From positions 29,290 through 93,289 of the IMG/VR virus record IMGVR_UViG_3300026078_000023: a stretch of DNA of 64,000 nt; one strand, 5' to 3'. A program made the position numbers and the translations under genes. Positions within the stretch are counted from its first letter, which is position 1. The number at the start of each line of letters is the position of its first letter. Positions 54,547 through 63,849 of this stretch are shown here, in pieces. The notes below the pieces were generated by a model, which was not told the DNA's origin, did not search any database, and saw nothing but the letters and a program-made list of their open reading frames with translations. Source of the stretch: a virus.

Positions 54547-55463
54547 AGTCCCCTCGTGCTCGGGTCGACCGGGCCCATGCTGTCGAGCACCGGCGACGCC
54601 GGCCAGCTGGCCTCCCAGGGGATGACGATCTCGCGGTCGTTCGGGCGGTTGGGCGGCTGCATGTAGTGGACGACCTTCCCGGTGGGGACGCCGTGGCTGT
54701 TCTTCACCACCCACAAGAACGGCTTGTCGACGTCGACCGTCTGGCCGTTGAGGTCGATGCTGTCCCGCCCGGTGCGTTCGTCCAGGGTGGCCACTAGGCG
54801 CTTCTGGAGCCGGGGGACGTCCTTGCGGAGCTCCTCCATGCCCACCTGCTTGGCGACCCCGTAGCTGTAGGCCGACTCTGTCCTGACGATGCGCTCGGCG
54901 CGCCAGCGCTCGCCGTCGAAGATCCCCGAGGTCCCGGCCACCCGGTCGACCGCGTCGTCCACGCCCTCGCCCTGCAGGATGGACTGGGTCATCTGGTCGC
55001 GGACGGCCTTGACCACGGGCGCGCCGTAGAGCTCGGAGGACGCGCGGTAGCGGTCGAGGAGGGACGGGGCGACGTCCGGGTAGGCCGCCTGGAAGACGGC
55101 CGCCTGGCGCGGCTGGAGCACGGGCGTCACGCCCCGGAAGTTGTCCTGCAGGACCTCGACGGCCTGGACCAGGTGGCGGGGGGCCAGGTCGGCGGCGGTG
55201 CGCCCGGTGTCCTCGAGGCGGTCGACGATCCCGGTGCGCACCTCGTGCACGGCGGCCGCCACCTGGGCGAGGACGATCCGCATGTGGTGGGCGCCGAAGG
55301 TGTCCCCCTTGCCGGCGCGCACCAGCGCCTTGAGCTTCCGCTCGAGGTCGGCGCGGGCGCGCTCGTAGGACGGGCGCAGCTTCTGGACGCCGCGGATCTC
55401 CGTCAGGCCGAACAGCTGGCGCCGGTGCAGGTCGATGACGCGGCGGATGTCGGAGACGGCCAC
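54543..55463 (-). CDS. Minor head protein (Mu gpF/SPP1 gp7 family)
   Basis: RAERIVRTESAYSY, KRLVATLDERT, LNGQ, PPNRPNDR. Confidence 0.85.
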   Translation of the reverse strand: MAVSDIRRVIDLHRRQLFGLTEIRGVQKLRPSYERARADLERKLKALVRAGKGDTFGAHHMRIVLAQVAAAVHEVRTGIVDRLEDTGRTAADLAPRHLVQAVEVLQDNFRGVTPVLQPRQAAVFQAAYPDVAPSLLDRYRASSELYGAPVVKAVRDQMTQSILQGEGVDDAVDRVAGTSGIFDGERWRAERIVRTESAYSYGVAKQVGMEELRKDVPRLQKRLVATLDERTGRDSIDLNGQTVDVDKPFLWVVKNSHGVPTGKVVHYMQPPNRPNDREIVIPWEASWPASPVLDSMGPVDPSTRGL

Positions 55464-55482
55464 GGGCCCGATGCTACCCCGG

Positions 55483-55974
55483 TCACCCGGCGAAGATCAG
55501 GTCCAGGACCGCGATCGCCGCCGCCTCGCGCGCCTCGCGCTCGCCGAAATCGGCCCTGTTGAACCGGTCGAAGAGCAGCATGGCGACGTTCGCGACGTAG
55601 GTGTGCCGGAGGTCGGCGTCGCCCTCGAAGGCGTTCGCCATCGTCCGGCGCGCGGCCATGAACCTGTCCGAGAACACCGCCTCGTTCACGCGCTCGGCCA
55701 GGAGCAGCGCCATGGCCTCCAGGAGCACCGACGCGTTGACCGCAGCGGCGGCCGTCTCGGGGCGGAGCGCGGACGCCTTCTCGCGGACCATGGACTCGAC
55801 CCACCCGCGCGCCCGCTTCACGCTCATCACCGGGAGGGCGGGTCCGCCGCGATCCACCTCGAGCAAGATCTGCGCGAACGCCTCCCCGAGCTCGCCGTCG
55901 AACTCCTTCTCCCGGTTCCCGGGCGTGGTCCACGCTTGAGCTGCCAATCCACGCGCTGCCTCGATGGTCATCAT
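55483..55974 (-). CDS. Hypothetical protein
   Basis: SD GGAGG; class II motif upstream. Confidence 0.65.
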   Translation of the reverse strand: MMTIEAARGLAAQAWTTPGNREKEFDGELGEAFAQILLEVDRGGPALPVMSVKRARGWVESMVREKASALRPETAAAAVNASVLLEAMALLLAERVNEAVFSDRFMAARRTMANAFEGDADLRHTYVANVAMLLFDRFNRADFGEREAREAAAIAVLDLIFAG

Positions 55975-56010
55975 GCGGTCTCCCTCCTGCCCGGTGTGTT
56001 GGCCGGTGGT

Positions 56011-56496
56011 TCAGACGCGCGGGGGCCAGTTCCAGCAGCCGGGTTTCGGCACGTCGTCCGGCGCCTGCTTGCACCGGTTGAAGAACAAGCCGCCGGGGTT
56101 GAGGACGACCAGGTCGACGAGGTCTCCGGCTTCGTCGTCCACGACCGCAGCGATGATCGCGGCGCGCGGCTGCGGCAGGTACTCGCCGCCGGGCGTGCCA
56201 TACGACTGGTAGTGGACGATCCGACCGACGCTCGGCTTCTGCTTCGGAGGCGCGGACTGCGCGAGCGACTCGCGTTCCGGGAGCTTGCCGATCTTCCGCA
56301 CGAGGGCGCCGATCGCCTGGTCGTAGTCCTGCCCCTCGGGCCTGAGCTCGATCCACCGCTTGTACGCGGCGGAGGCGTGCTCCCTCCGCATCTGGTGCTC
56401 TCCGGCCTTGATCACGAGCGCCTCCGGGATCTCAGCCTCGGCTTCGAGGTACTCGAGCAGCGCGGCCTCAGATTTCGTCAACTCTGCCTGGTCCAT
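56011..56496 (-). CDS. Hypothetical protein with PSVGRIVHY...W.WPPRV domain
   Basis: SD AGGAGG before MDQAEL; motif common in small phage proteins. Confidence 0.7.
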   Translation of the reverse strand: MDQAELTKSEAALLEYLEAEAEIPEALVIKAGEHQMRREHASAAYKRWIELRPEGQDYDQAIGALVRKIGKLPERESLAQSAPPKQKPSVGRIVHYQSYGTPGGEYLPQPRAAIIAAVVDDEAGDLVDLVVLNPGGLFFNRCKQAPDDVPKPGCWNWPPRV

Positions 56497-56518
56497 GGCG
56501 GTCCTCCTGGGGCCGAAC

Positions 56519-56740
56519 TTACACGAGGTCCTCGTGGACCCACAGCCGGATGACGTCGCCTGGGGCGCCCGACAGATCCTCGTAGACCTCAAGCGTGTGC
56601 GGGTGCGGCCGCGCGCCGGGACCGGCGCAGCTCTCGCAGGTCCGCACGACCAGCGTGACCCGGGTCCGCGAGATCAGGCGCCCGAAGTCGACCCCGGCGG
56701 CGTCGACGGCCTCCTGGCGCGTCCGGTAGGTCTCGGCCAC
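56519..56740 (-). CDS. Small hypothetical protein (CxxC..H.H)
   Basis: ORF track, coupled. Confidence 0.5.
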   Translation of the reverse strand: MAETYRTRQEAVDAAGVDFGRLISRTRVTLVVRTCESCAGPGARPHPHTLEVYEDLSGAPGDVIRLWVHEDLV

Positions 56741-56743
56741 CTG

Positions 56744-57256
56744 TCAGCCGGCGGGCTTGAGGTCGCTCACCACCAGGCGCAGGGTGCCGCGGCCCCTCCC
56801 GAACGGGTCGTCTGGCGCCCGGACCCCCTGGCTGGGGACGGCCTCGCTGTCGTCGCTGGCCAGGCCCTCGAACAGGTACCGGGTCTGCTCGCTGGGAGCC
56901 AAGTCGGGCAGGTTGGCCAGCGTCTGGTCCCACGGGTCGGGGATGACCACGCCGTCCTTGGTGAGGGGCCGAAGGAGGCGCGTGTTGCGCGTCACCGTGC
57001 GCGCCGGGGCGGCGTGGGCGCCGTGGGGCATGGGGGGCATGGCCTGGGGCGAGAACGCCCCGCCTGGGGCGAATGGCTGCGCCACGGGGGGCGCCAGGGG
57101 CACCAAGACCGGGATCGCGCCCTGCATCACGTACCCGTAGCCGGGGGGCGGGACGGGGAGGGTCGCTTGCGGGGTCGCTGGGGCCGGAGGGGTGGGGGCC
57201 GCCGACCGACGACCCCGACCAGCCCAGGCCGCCAATTTGTCCCGGTTGATGCTCAC
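56744..57256 (-). CDS. Pro-rich hypothetical protein
   Basis: GTG 7 nt after the extended -10 TGcTACCCT. Confidence 0.6.
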   Translation of the reverse strand: MSINRDKLAAWAGRGRRSAAPTPPAPATPQATLPVPPPGYGYVMQGAIPVLVPLAPPVAQPFAPGGAFSPQAMPPMPHGAHAAPARTVTRNTRLLRPLTKDGVVIPDPWDQTLANLPDLAPSEQTRYLFEGLASDDSEAVPSQGVRAPDDPFGRGRGTLRLVVSDLKPAG

Positions 57257-57275
57257 CCGTACGAGGGTAGCACGG

Positions 57276-57872
57276 TCACGCGACCGGCTCGATCCCGGCG
57301 CGCTTCAGCTGGAACCGGAGCTGGGCGGCGACCGAGCGGTGCTGGGCGGCCTGCTGGCGGGCGGCGGCGACCTGGGCGCTGGCTATCTCGGCGGCCCGCT
57401 CCTCCACCGCCCGGCCGTGGGGCGAGCAGCGGTAGGCGCGCCGGACGATGGCGCACAGGAGCTCGCGGGACACCGGCTTGGCCTCGGTCTCGAGCGGATG
57501 GACCCGCCAGCGCAGTTCGTTCCCCTCGGCCACCAGCAGGCCGTGTCCGGCTGGGACCTCGTGCTGGTGGACGATCCCGTGGTCACCGGCGACGATGACC
57601 CACTGGTCGCAGAACTGACCGACCGCCTCGCGCTTGATGGGGCGGGCGATCTCACGCAACCAGTCCGACCGGGACGACTTCATCTCGAACCCGGTGAGGT
57701 GCAGGCCCTGGGACGGCCACAGCGACAGCGCGAGCGCGTCGGCCACGCGCTGCCGCTTCCACCCGGTGGCGTTCGCGACGTGCGGCAGGAGGACGTGGGC
57801 CGGCTCGCAGTAGAGCCTCGCCAGCATGTCGAACAACTCCGCCTCCGTCCGCGCGTCGCTCACGCTGGACAT
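57276..57872 (-). CDS. MmcB-like PD-(D/E)xK nuclease
   Basis: RVADAL..WPS.G..GFEMKSSRSDWLRE..K..FCDQW. Confidence 0.8.
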   Translation of the reverse strand: MSSVSDARTEAELFDMLARLYCEPAHVLLPHVANATGWKRQRVADALALSLWPSQGLHLTGFEMKSSRSDWLREIARPIKREAVGQFCDQWVIVAGDHGIVHQHEVPAGHGLLVAEGNELRWRVHPLETEAKPVSRELLCAIVRRAYRCSPHGRAVEERAAEIASAQVAAARQQAAQHRSVAAQLRFQLKRAGIEPVA

Positions 57873-58573
57873 CAGGACCCGAACGTCCGCGAGACAGGGC
57901 CGCAGTAGCCGTTGCCGTCCGGCCACGGGGTGGCCCCGGAGTACCCGACCACCCAGTAGGGCGCGAAGGCGTTCGTCCCGCCGACCTGCTGCAGGCCGGC
58001 CACCGGCACCGTCACCGGCCAGGACTTTACCGGGCCGTTGGCGACGTGGCCGTACACGTTGCAACTGAGGACGGCGGTGTTGTAGAGCACGGCGTATTGC
58101 GACGAGTACGCCATCGTCGCCGTGGGGCAGCTGATGGTGGACACCGCCCGATCTGGGTTGTTGAAGAGGTACGCGAACGACCCGCCGACCGTCGTGTGCC
58201 AGACCGCCGGCATCGTCCCCGGCGGGGGGAAGCCGTCGTAGCTCTGGTAGATCGTGGTGTACATCCGGTACGAGACGGTGTTCGCGCAGATGTAGGGACC
58301 GTCGCGGTTCACGGCGTCGCTGACCGAGCCGACCACGAAGTCGTAGACCACGTAGTGGTACGGAGTCCACAGCGCCGAATTCGTCGGCGTCGCGTCGTCG
58401 TGCACGTCCGGGCGCGGCGGTGGGATCTCCGCCGGCATCGGCATCATGGTCGGCGTCACGGCCGCCGCCGGCTGCACGTCGTCCCCGCACCCGCTGAGCA
58501 GCGCCCCCGTGCACGCCACCGCGCACGCCGTCGCCAGCACCAGCATCCCTCGCCTGTATCTCTCGATCGTCAT
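57872..58573 (-). CDS. Lipoprotein
   Basis: Basic N-terminus, hydrophobic core, LSG-C lipobox; SD GGAGG. Confidence 0.75.
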   Translation of the reverse strand: MTIERYRRGMLVLATACAVACTGALLSGCGDDVQPAAAVTPTMMPMPAEIPPPRPDVHDDATPTNSALWTPYHYVVYDFVVGSVSDAVNRDGPYICANTVSYRMYTTIYQSYDGFPPPGTMPAVWHTTVGGSFAYLFNNPDRAVSTISCPTATMAYSSQYAVLYNTAVLSCNVYGHVANGPVKSWPVTVPVAGLQQVGGTNAFAPYWVVGYSGATPWPDGNGYCGPVSRTFGS

Positions 58574-58624
58574 CGTCGCCTCCTCGGTTCGTTTGTTTTC
58601 CGGTATTCGGTCGTGATTAAAGAT

Positions 58625-58831
58625 TCACCTCAGGTCGTCGATCAGGCGCTCGACCAGCTGCGCCTCGCTGCGCGACACGCCGCCGAGCATGATCTGTCGG
58701 TCGAGCCACGCCTGCACCGCGCGCGACGGCGACGACTTCTCCTCCGAGCACACGTGGTGGAGCGGGCCGTTTCCGTTCGAATCGAAGTAGACGACGGGGT
58801 TCTCCTTCGACCCGTCCATCGGCGTGCTCAT
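58625..58831 (-). CDS. Small hypothetical protein
   Basis: ATGA-coupled ORF. Confidence 0.5.
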   Translation of the reverse strand: MSTPMDGSKENPVVYFDSNGNGPLHHVCSEEKSSPSRAVQAWLDRQIMLGGVSRSEAQLVERLIDDLR

Positions 58832-59820
58832 TCGTCGAACGCCTCCACGTTGGTCTTCTCGTCGAACGCCTCCACGTCGATCTCGTCGTAGACGTGGCCG
58901 AGGACGCGGACCGAGGTGACGCCGTGACGCTCGAGCAGCGGCGCGAGGCGCGCGGCAATCGGCCTCACCTCCTCTCCTTCGCGGTCGTGGAACTCGAGGA
59001 CCAGCGTGAAGCCGAGCGATCCGGGGTCGGGTTCCAGCCGCAGTTCGTACTCGCCGCCCGGGCAGTTGTGGTCATACGGCGGACCCTCTTCGGACCACCG
59101 TTCGATCTCCGCCTCGATCTCGTGGATGGCGGTGTCGACGGCCTTTCGAGCGAGGCCGAGGGGGGTGCCTTCGATCTTGAGCTGCTTCCGTTGCACCGGC
59201 GGTGCCTGCTGCGCCTGCCACTCGGTCAGGTGGTTCTTTAGGAGCGCGGCCGCGACGACGTCTTCGGTGACGGCCATCCTCAAGTACGACATGTCCTCGA
59301 CCACCGCGAGCATCTCCTTGACGCCGAGGCCGCCGCGGCGAGCAAGTGTCGCTAGGTCTTGGTCGTGATTCTTGATGGCCTGCGCCTCGTGCGGCGCCAG
59401 GAACGCCCACGGCACGGTGAGGATGCCGAGCTTGTGGTCATCGGAGTGGACGGGGAAACCGACGGGCGCCGGAGGCGGCGCCTCCGGTCCGGGCCGCTCG
59501 CCAGCGCGCTCCTCCAGTTCGGCGGCGTGGTGGATGAGAGAGATCAGCGCCTTCGATCCCTTGTCGAACTCGACCCAGTCGATGATGTCGTAGCGGTCGC
59601 AGAGGACGCGCCCCCGGTCGGTGACCCGGAACGTGTATTTGCCGCTGTCGACGGTGACCTTCGTGTCTGCCATGGGGTTCCTCTCGGTTGGTGTGCTGTC
59701 GGGCGGCGTCACCTCTACCAGGCCGTAGTTGACGGTCCCGAACCCGGCGTGGCACCGGGCGCCCTCCGGGACGTCCCCGTGGTCCTGGATCTCGAACCGG
59801 CGGAAGTAGCGCGTCGCCAT
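58828..59820 (-). CDS. Multi-domain hypothetical protein (possible internal start at 59673)
   Basis: Start 7 nt after CCGGCCAACAC; VPW.....HE.QA..NH.Q.L..LA.RGGL module. Confidence 0.65.
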   Translation of the reverse strand: MATRYFRRFEIQDHGDVPEGARCHAGFGTVNYGLVEVTPPDSTPTERNPMADTKVTVDSGKYTFRVTDRGRVLCDRYDIIDWVEFDKGSKALISLIHHAAELEERAGERPGPEAPPPAPVGFPVHSDDHKLGILTVPWAFLAPHEAQAIKNHDQDLATLARRGGLGVKEMLAVVEDMSYLRMAVTEDVVAAALLKNHLTEWQAQQAPPVQRKQLKIEGTPLGLARKAVDTAIHEIEAEIERWSEEGPPYDHNCPGGEYELRLEPDPGSLGFTLVLEFHDREGEEVRPIAARLAPLLERHGVTSVRVLGHVYDEIDVEAFDEKTNVEAFDE

Positions 59821-59845
59821 GCCCCAGGTGTTGGCCGGCGGCGGC

Positions 59846-60253
59846 CTACGACACCAGGAGGCCGAGCTCCAGCGCCAGCTGGCGGAGGTCGCCGGGGAGC
59901 GCGGCGCGGGCGTCGACCACGGCGGTCGCCGGGGGCGCGCCGGGGGCCTCCCACACGCGCACCAGGTCCCAGACGCCGAGCGCGCGCAGCTGGTCGCGGA
60001 GCGCGGCCTGGGCCACCCAGGCGACCTCGGCGTCGGCTGGCACGCGGCCGGTGAGGACCCAGTCCTCTTGGTCGCCCGGGACGGCGTCGACGCTGGGGGC
60101 GGCGGCCGGGGAGACCAGCCACACGCGCCCGCCGGCCTCGGAGGCGGCGACCAAGAACTCGGCGGCGCCTGGGACCAGCTCCAGGACGCCGTCCAGGTTG
60201 CGGCGGGCGATGCCGCCCTCGAGCGCGACGGCCACCTCGAAGGGGTGCGTCAC
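59846..60253 (-). CDS. Hypothetical protein, degenerate HAD-like
   Basis: VAVALEGGI, VPGAAEFL, AVVDARA echo the HAD protein at 61055-61558 without its catalytic Asp residues. Confidence 0.5.
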   Translation of the reverse strand: MTHPFEVAVALEGGIARRNLDGVLELVPGAAEFLVAASEAGGRVWLVSPAAAPSVDAVPGDQEDWVLTGRVPADAEVAWVAQAALRDQLRALGVWDLVRVWEAPGAPPATAVVDARAALPGDLRQLALELGLLVS

Positions 60254-60633
60254 CCGCGCACCGCCGGGAACGTGGACGGCTCGTCGACGAGCGCGGGGAA
60301 GAGGGGCCGGTCGCTCATGATCAGCTTCGGGAACAAGGCGTCGCGGAACACGTGCCGCATGATGGCGTCGGCCGTGCGCGCCGTCGCCGCGCCCATGAGC
60401 CGCATGGATTCGAGCATGTCCGGCGTCGTCGCCGGGAAGAAGTCGACGGTCACCGACGTCACGATCGCCGGCGGCGCGACCAGCGCCGCCACCGCTTCGA
60501 CCTGGCGGGCGACCGGCAGCGCCAGCGCGCCCATCAGGAAGAACCGGCGACCGCGGTTCACGCGCTGCTCGCAGACGCCCCCCGGGAACGGGCATTCGCC
60601 GCACCTGGGGCACCTCGGGGCGAGCAGCGTCAT
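60250..60633 (-). CDS. Small protein with CxxC, Tat-like RRFFL motif and a capsid-like peptide
   Basis: CPRCGEC; NRGRRFFLMGALAL; FRDALFPKL. Confidence 0.6.
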   Translation of the reverse strand: MTLLAPRCPRCGECPFPGGVCEQRVNRGRRFFLMGALALPVARQVEAVAALVAPPAIVTSVTVDFFPATTPDMLESMRLMGAATARTADAIMRHVFRDALFPKLIMSDRPLFPALVDEPSTFPAVRG

Positions 60634-61058
60634 GGCAGGTACTTTAGCGCGAGGCCGTTGCACAGGACGTGCATGACGTTGTCCGCGATGATGAGCAGCC
60701 ACACCGCGAGGAAATCTGGAACGCCGGGCGGGTAGCCGGTCTTCTCGCAGCTCTTCCACGAGAGCCGGTGCGTCGACCGGATGAGGCCGGGGATCGGAGG
60801 CGTGTCCCAGCCACCGAAGCCGACGTTCTTCGCCCAGCACACGAACCGCGCCAGCCGCCACCTGTCGATCACGAAGTGCGTCCCGACGATGACGGCGAGC
60901 GCCGGCCACGACTGCGTGATGACGGCGAACGGCCACGCGTAGGTGACCGCGTGCACGAGCGCGGCGACGCTGCGCTTCGTCTTGTTGCTCGCCATCCAGT
61001 CCGACTGGATCACGTAGTCGCCCACCGCGTGGCACACCAGCTGGTCGGCGGTGATCAC
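60630..61058 (-). CDS. DUF3307-family membrane protein
   Basis: HAVGDYVIQSDWMASNK, HAVTY, HFVID, ADNVMH. Confidence 0.85.
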   Translation of the reverse strand: MITADQLVCHAVGDYVIQSDWMASNKTKRSVAALVHAVTYAWPFAVITQSWPALAVIVGTHFVIDRWRLARFVCWAKNVGFGGWDTPPIPGLIRSTHRLSWKSCEKTGYPPGVPDFLAVWLLIIADNVMHVLCNGLALKYLP

Positions 61059-61558
61059 GGCTGCGGCGCCCCCTTCTTCACCGCGCACCACGGCCGGTGC
61101 ATTCGCAGTTCGATTGAATTCGGGAAGTGCTTGCCGTCGAACCGCCACGCGCGGTCGTCGACGTAGACGATCGCCGCCGGCTTGCGCGACGTGACCCGGA
61201 TGCCCGAGGCGACGTCGTCGCCGATGACAGGTGCGCAACCGAAGTGCGCCATGATCTGCTGGCGCAGCCACCTGCGGATCGCCCACCACCCCCACGGGCG
61301 CGACGCGCGCGCAGAGCACACGACCACGTCGAAGTGCTCCACCAGTTCGACCAGCCACTCGATCGCTCCCGGAACCGGGCCGTCAAGGATGACGCTCGCG
61401 CCGCGCCACCCGGACGTGTACGCGTGCAGGACGCCGTCGAAGTCGATGCTGATCGTTGGCCGACGGCGGCGCTTCGGCGACTCCTTGAACACGATCGCAG
61501 TGATTACCATGAAGCCGGCTACGGCGACGCACGTGCCGACCACGTTGACCAGATTCAC
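61055..61558 (-). CDS. HAD-superfamily phosphatase with N-terminal TM
   Basis: IDFDGVLH, PVPGA, CSAR, KP..VYVDDRA. Confidence 0.85.
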   Translation of the reverse strand: MNLVNVVGTCVAVAGFMVITAIVFKESPKRRRRPTISIDFDGVLHAYTSGWRGASVILDGPVPGAIEWLVELVEHFDVVVCSARASRPWGWWAIRRWLRQQIMAHFGCAPVIGDDVASGIRVTSRKPAAIVYVDDRAWRFDGKHFPNSIELRMHRPWCAVKKGAPQP

Positions 61559-61681
61559 GGCCGCCCCCTTCTCCGGTGCCACCAATGGCGACAGAAGTGC
61601 CCGTCGAGGCACCGCCAAGGCAGCCAGCACAGCAGGCACCAGCCGGCGTCGCGCAGGGTCCAATTGCGCCCCTTCATTGCC

Positions 61682-62059
61682 TCAGTACCTGTCCCCGAAC
61701 ACGCCGCGCGCGATGGCATCTCCGACCTTCTTGACGAGCTCCTCTCTCCCTTCGCCGAGGACGCGCTTGTCCCACGCTTCGGCGACGATGCTGCGGAGCT
61801 TCTCGACGTTCTCCGGTTTCAAGAACTCCTCCTCGGCCAGCTTCCGCGCCACGTCGCTCGCAGCCGACGCGAAGATCCGCTGCAGGTCGCTGGGAGCGTT
61901 CCACGTGCCCTCCAGGAGCTTGCGGATCGCGCTCGTGACCAGCTGGTCGCGCTGCTCCGGCGCCAGGGCCTTGATGAGGGCCTCCTGCAAGAACTGCCGG
62001 ACCATGTCCTCGTCCAGGATGAACTTGAACCCCTCGCTCGTCTTCACTGCGTCAGCCAT
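61682..62059 (-). CDS. Helical hypothetical protein
   Basis: SD GGAGG. Confidence 0.65.
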   Translation of the reverse strand: MADAVKTSEGFKFILDEDMVRQFLQEALIKALAPEQRDQLVTSAIRKLLEGTWNAPSDLQRIFASAASDVARKLAEEEFLKPENVEKLRSIVAEAWDKRVLGEGREELVKKVGDAIARGVFGDRY

Positions 62060-62091
62060 GCGCGGACCTCCCTCTGCCGGGGATGTTGACC

Positions 62092-63843
62092 CTACCTGGC
62101 GTCCGTGTCACCCGCCGGCTGCCCGCCGGCCCCCTCGCGCCGAGCGGCCGAGGCGTCGGAGGCGGCGGCGCCGGTCAGCTGGCGGGGCGGGGCGAGGCCA
62201 GCGGTGGCCTGCTCGAGGAGGCGCTGGGTGTCGGCCTCCTGCTCGGTGTTGGCCTTGGCCAGCATGGCGTCGACGTCGCGCACCTGGAACACCTCGCCGG
62301 CCACGCTGGCGGCGGCGGTGCGCTGGTCGATGAGCCCGCCCGTCTTGGCGCCGGTGGCCACCTGGACCCGGATCAGGTCCTCGGCCGGGCTGCTGTTGAA
62401 GTACGGCCCCCACTTGAGCTCGATCACGCCGCCCTCGCCGAGCCGGTGGGGGACCGGCAGGCCGTCCTTGTCGCGGGCCGGCTCGATGTCCCAGGTGAAC
62501 ACGCCGACGCGCGGGTTGCCCTGCTCGTCGGGCGGCAGCTGGATCCGCTTCTCGGAGAACGTCTGGACGATGCGGATCACGATGGCGGCGGCGTCCTTCA
62601 TGGCGCGGCCGTACTGGGCGCGCTTCTTATCGGCGCGCTGGATCATGGGGCGGAACATGAGCTTGATGGCCAAACTGGAGGCGGCGGCCGCGCCGACCTC
62701 CTTCGGGTCGACGAACACGTAGCCGGTGCGCCGGGAGATCCACTGCTCGAGCTTCCCGCAGAACTCCATGGCGGAGGCGAGGCCGGTGCCGGCCAGCTCG
62801 AGGAGCTCGGCCCTGCCCTTGTCCGACAGCTCGATGGTGTTGTCGGAGCCGGTGCGGACGGCGCCCATCTCCTTGGCCTTCGGGTCGTCGGCGATGACGA
62901 TGGACGGGTCGACGGTGGCGAGCTCGCCCTTGTTGATCTGGCTCATCAGCCGGTCGAGGGCGTCGACCTGCTTCCAGGCGCCGTCGCAGTCGGGCAGGCC
63001 GTCCGGCTCGTCGTCGGCCGAAGTGTTCTGGACCCACACGCCGGGGAAGAACCCGAGGTCGTGCTTGACGGTCAGCTCGGGCACCGGGACCCACGCCCAC
63101 GTGCGCGAGTCGTCCATCCGGATCGGGCGGTACGTGACGTCCTCCGACTCGGTCACGATCCGGCGGTGCACCACCTCGACCAGCCTGCGCGTCGGGTTTC
63201 CCTTGTCGTCTTGGTCGTCGACCTCCACCTTGGCGATGCGCCAGATCAGGAGCGCCCCCAGCTGGAGCGCGCGCCGGTTGCGCCACAGGGGGATCGCGAA
63301 CCGCCGGTTGATGACCTCCATGTCGATGCGCCCGTCCCGCGCCGCGAACAGCGCCAGGACCGAGCCGACCGAGCCGCCGAGGTCGCGGGCGTAGCACCAC
63401 TTCTGGTCCCAGCTCATCCGGTCGAACAGGGCGTGGAGCATGGCCTCCGACTGCGGGTCGCCCTGGACCGTCAGCTCGGGGGCCGCCTGCTCCGAGAACA
63501 TCAGGTCCGTGTAGCCCTCGACGATGGTCGCGCAGGCCCCCGTCTCGATGGAGGGGCGCTTCTGCCGGGTGCTGAGGGCCACGTTCATCGGCATCGAGAA
63601 CCCGCGCGGGACCGCCGCCGCCGGCGAGATGGTCTCGTAGTCGTCGGCCGTCATGCCCCACCAGTCGGTCTGCTGGTGGGCGTACTGCTCGCCGCGCCAG
63701 TGGGCCTCGTACCGCTCCAGCTGCTTCGAGTCCTCGTCGGCGCCGTAGGGCGGCTGGGCGTTCTTCTCCAGGTAGGTCCGCGCCATGGACGGGTCGAGCG
63801 TGTAGGACCCCAAGATCGGCTGGCCGGACGGCAAGATCGGCAT
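62092..63843 (-). CDS. Portal protein (SPP1-like)
   Basis: 583 aa; HDLGFFPGVWVQN, DALDRLMSQ, AELLE..G, SSLAIKLMFRPMI, ELKWGPYF. Confidence 0.85.
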   Translation of the reverse strand: MPILPSGQPILGSYTLDPSMARTYLEKNAQPPYGADEDSKQLERYEAHWRGEQYAHQQTDWWGMTADDYETISPAAAVPRGFSMPMNVALSTRQKRPSIETGACATIVEGYTDLMFSEQAAPELTVQGDPQSEAMLHALFDRMSWDQKWCYARDLGGSVGSVLALFAARDGRIDMEVINRRFAIPLWRNRRALQLGALLIWRIAKVEVDDQDDKGNPTRRLVEVVHRRIVTESEDVTYRPIRMDDSRTWAWVPVPELTVKHDLGFFPGVWVQNTSADDEPDGLPDCDGAWKQVDALDRLMSQINKGELATVDPSIVIADDPKAKEMGAVRTGSDNTIELSDKGRAELLELAGTGLASAMEFCGKLEQWISRRTGYVFVDPKEVGAAAASSLAIKLMFRPMIQRADKKRAQYGRAMKDAAAIVIRIVQTFSEKRIQLPPDEQGNPRVGVFTWDIEPARDKDGLPVPHRLGEGGVIELKWGPYFNSSPAEDLIRVQVATGAKTGGLIDQRTAAASVAGEVFQVRDVDAMLAKANTEQEADTQRLLEQATAGLAPPRQLTGAAASDASAARREGAGGQPAGDTDAR

Positions 63844-63849
63844 GCGGAC

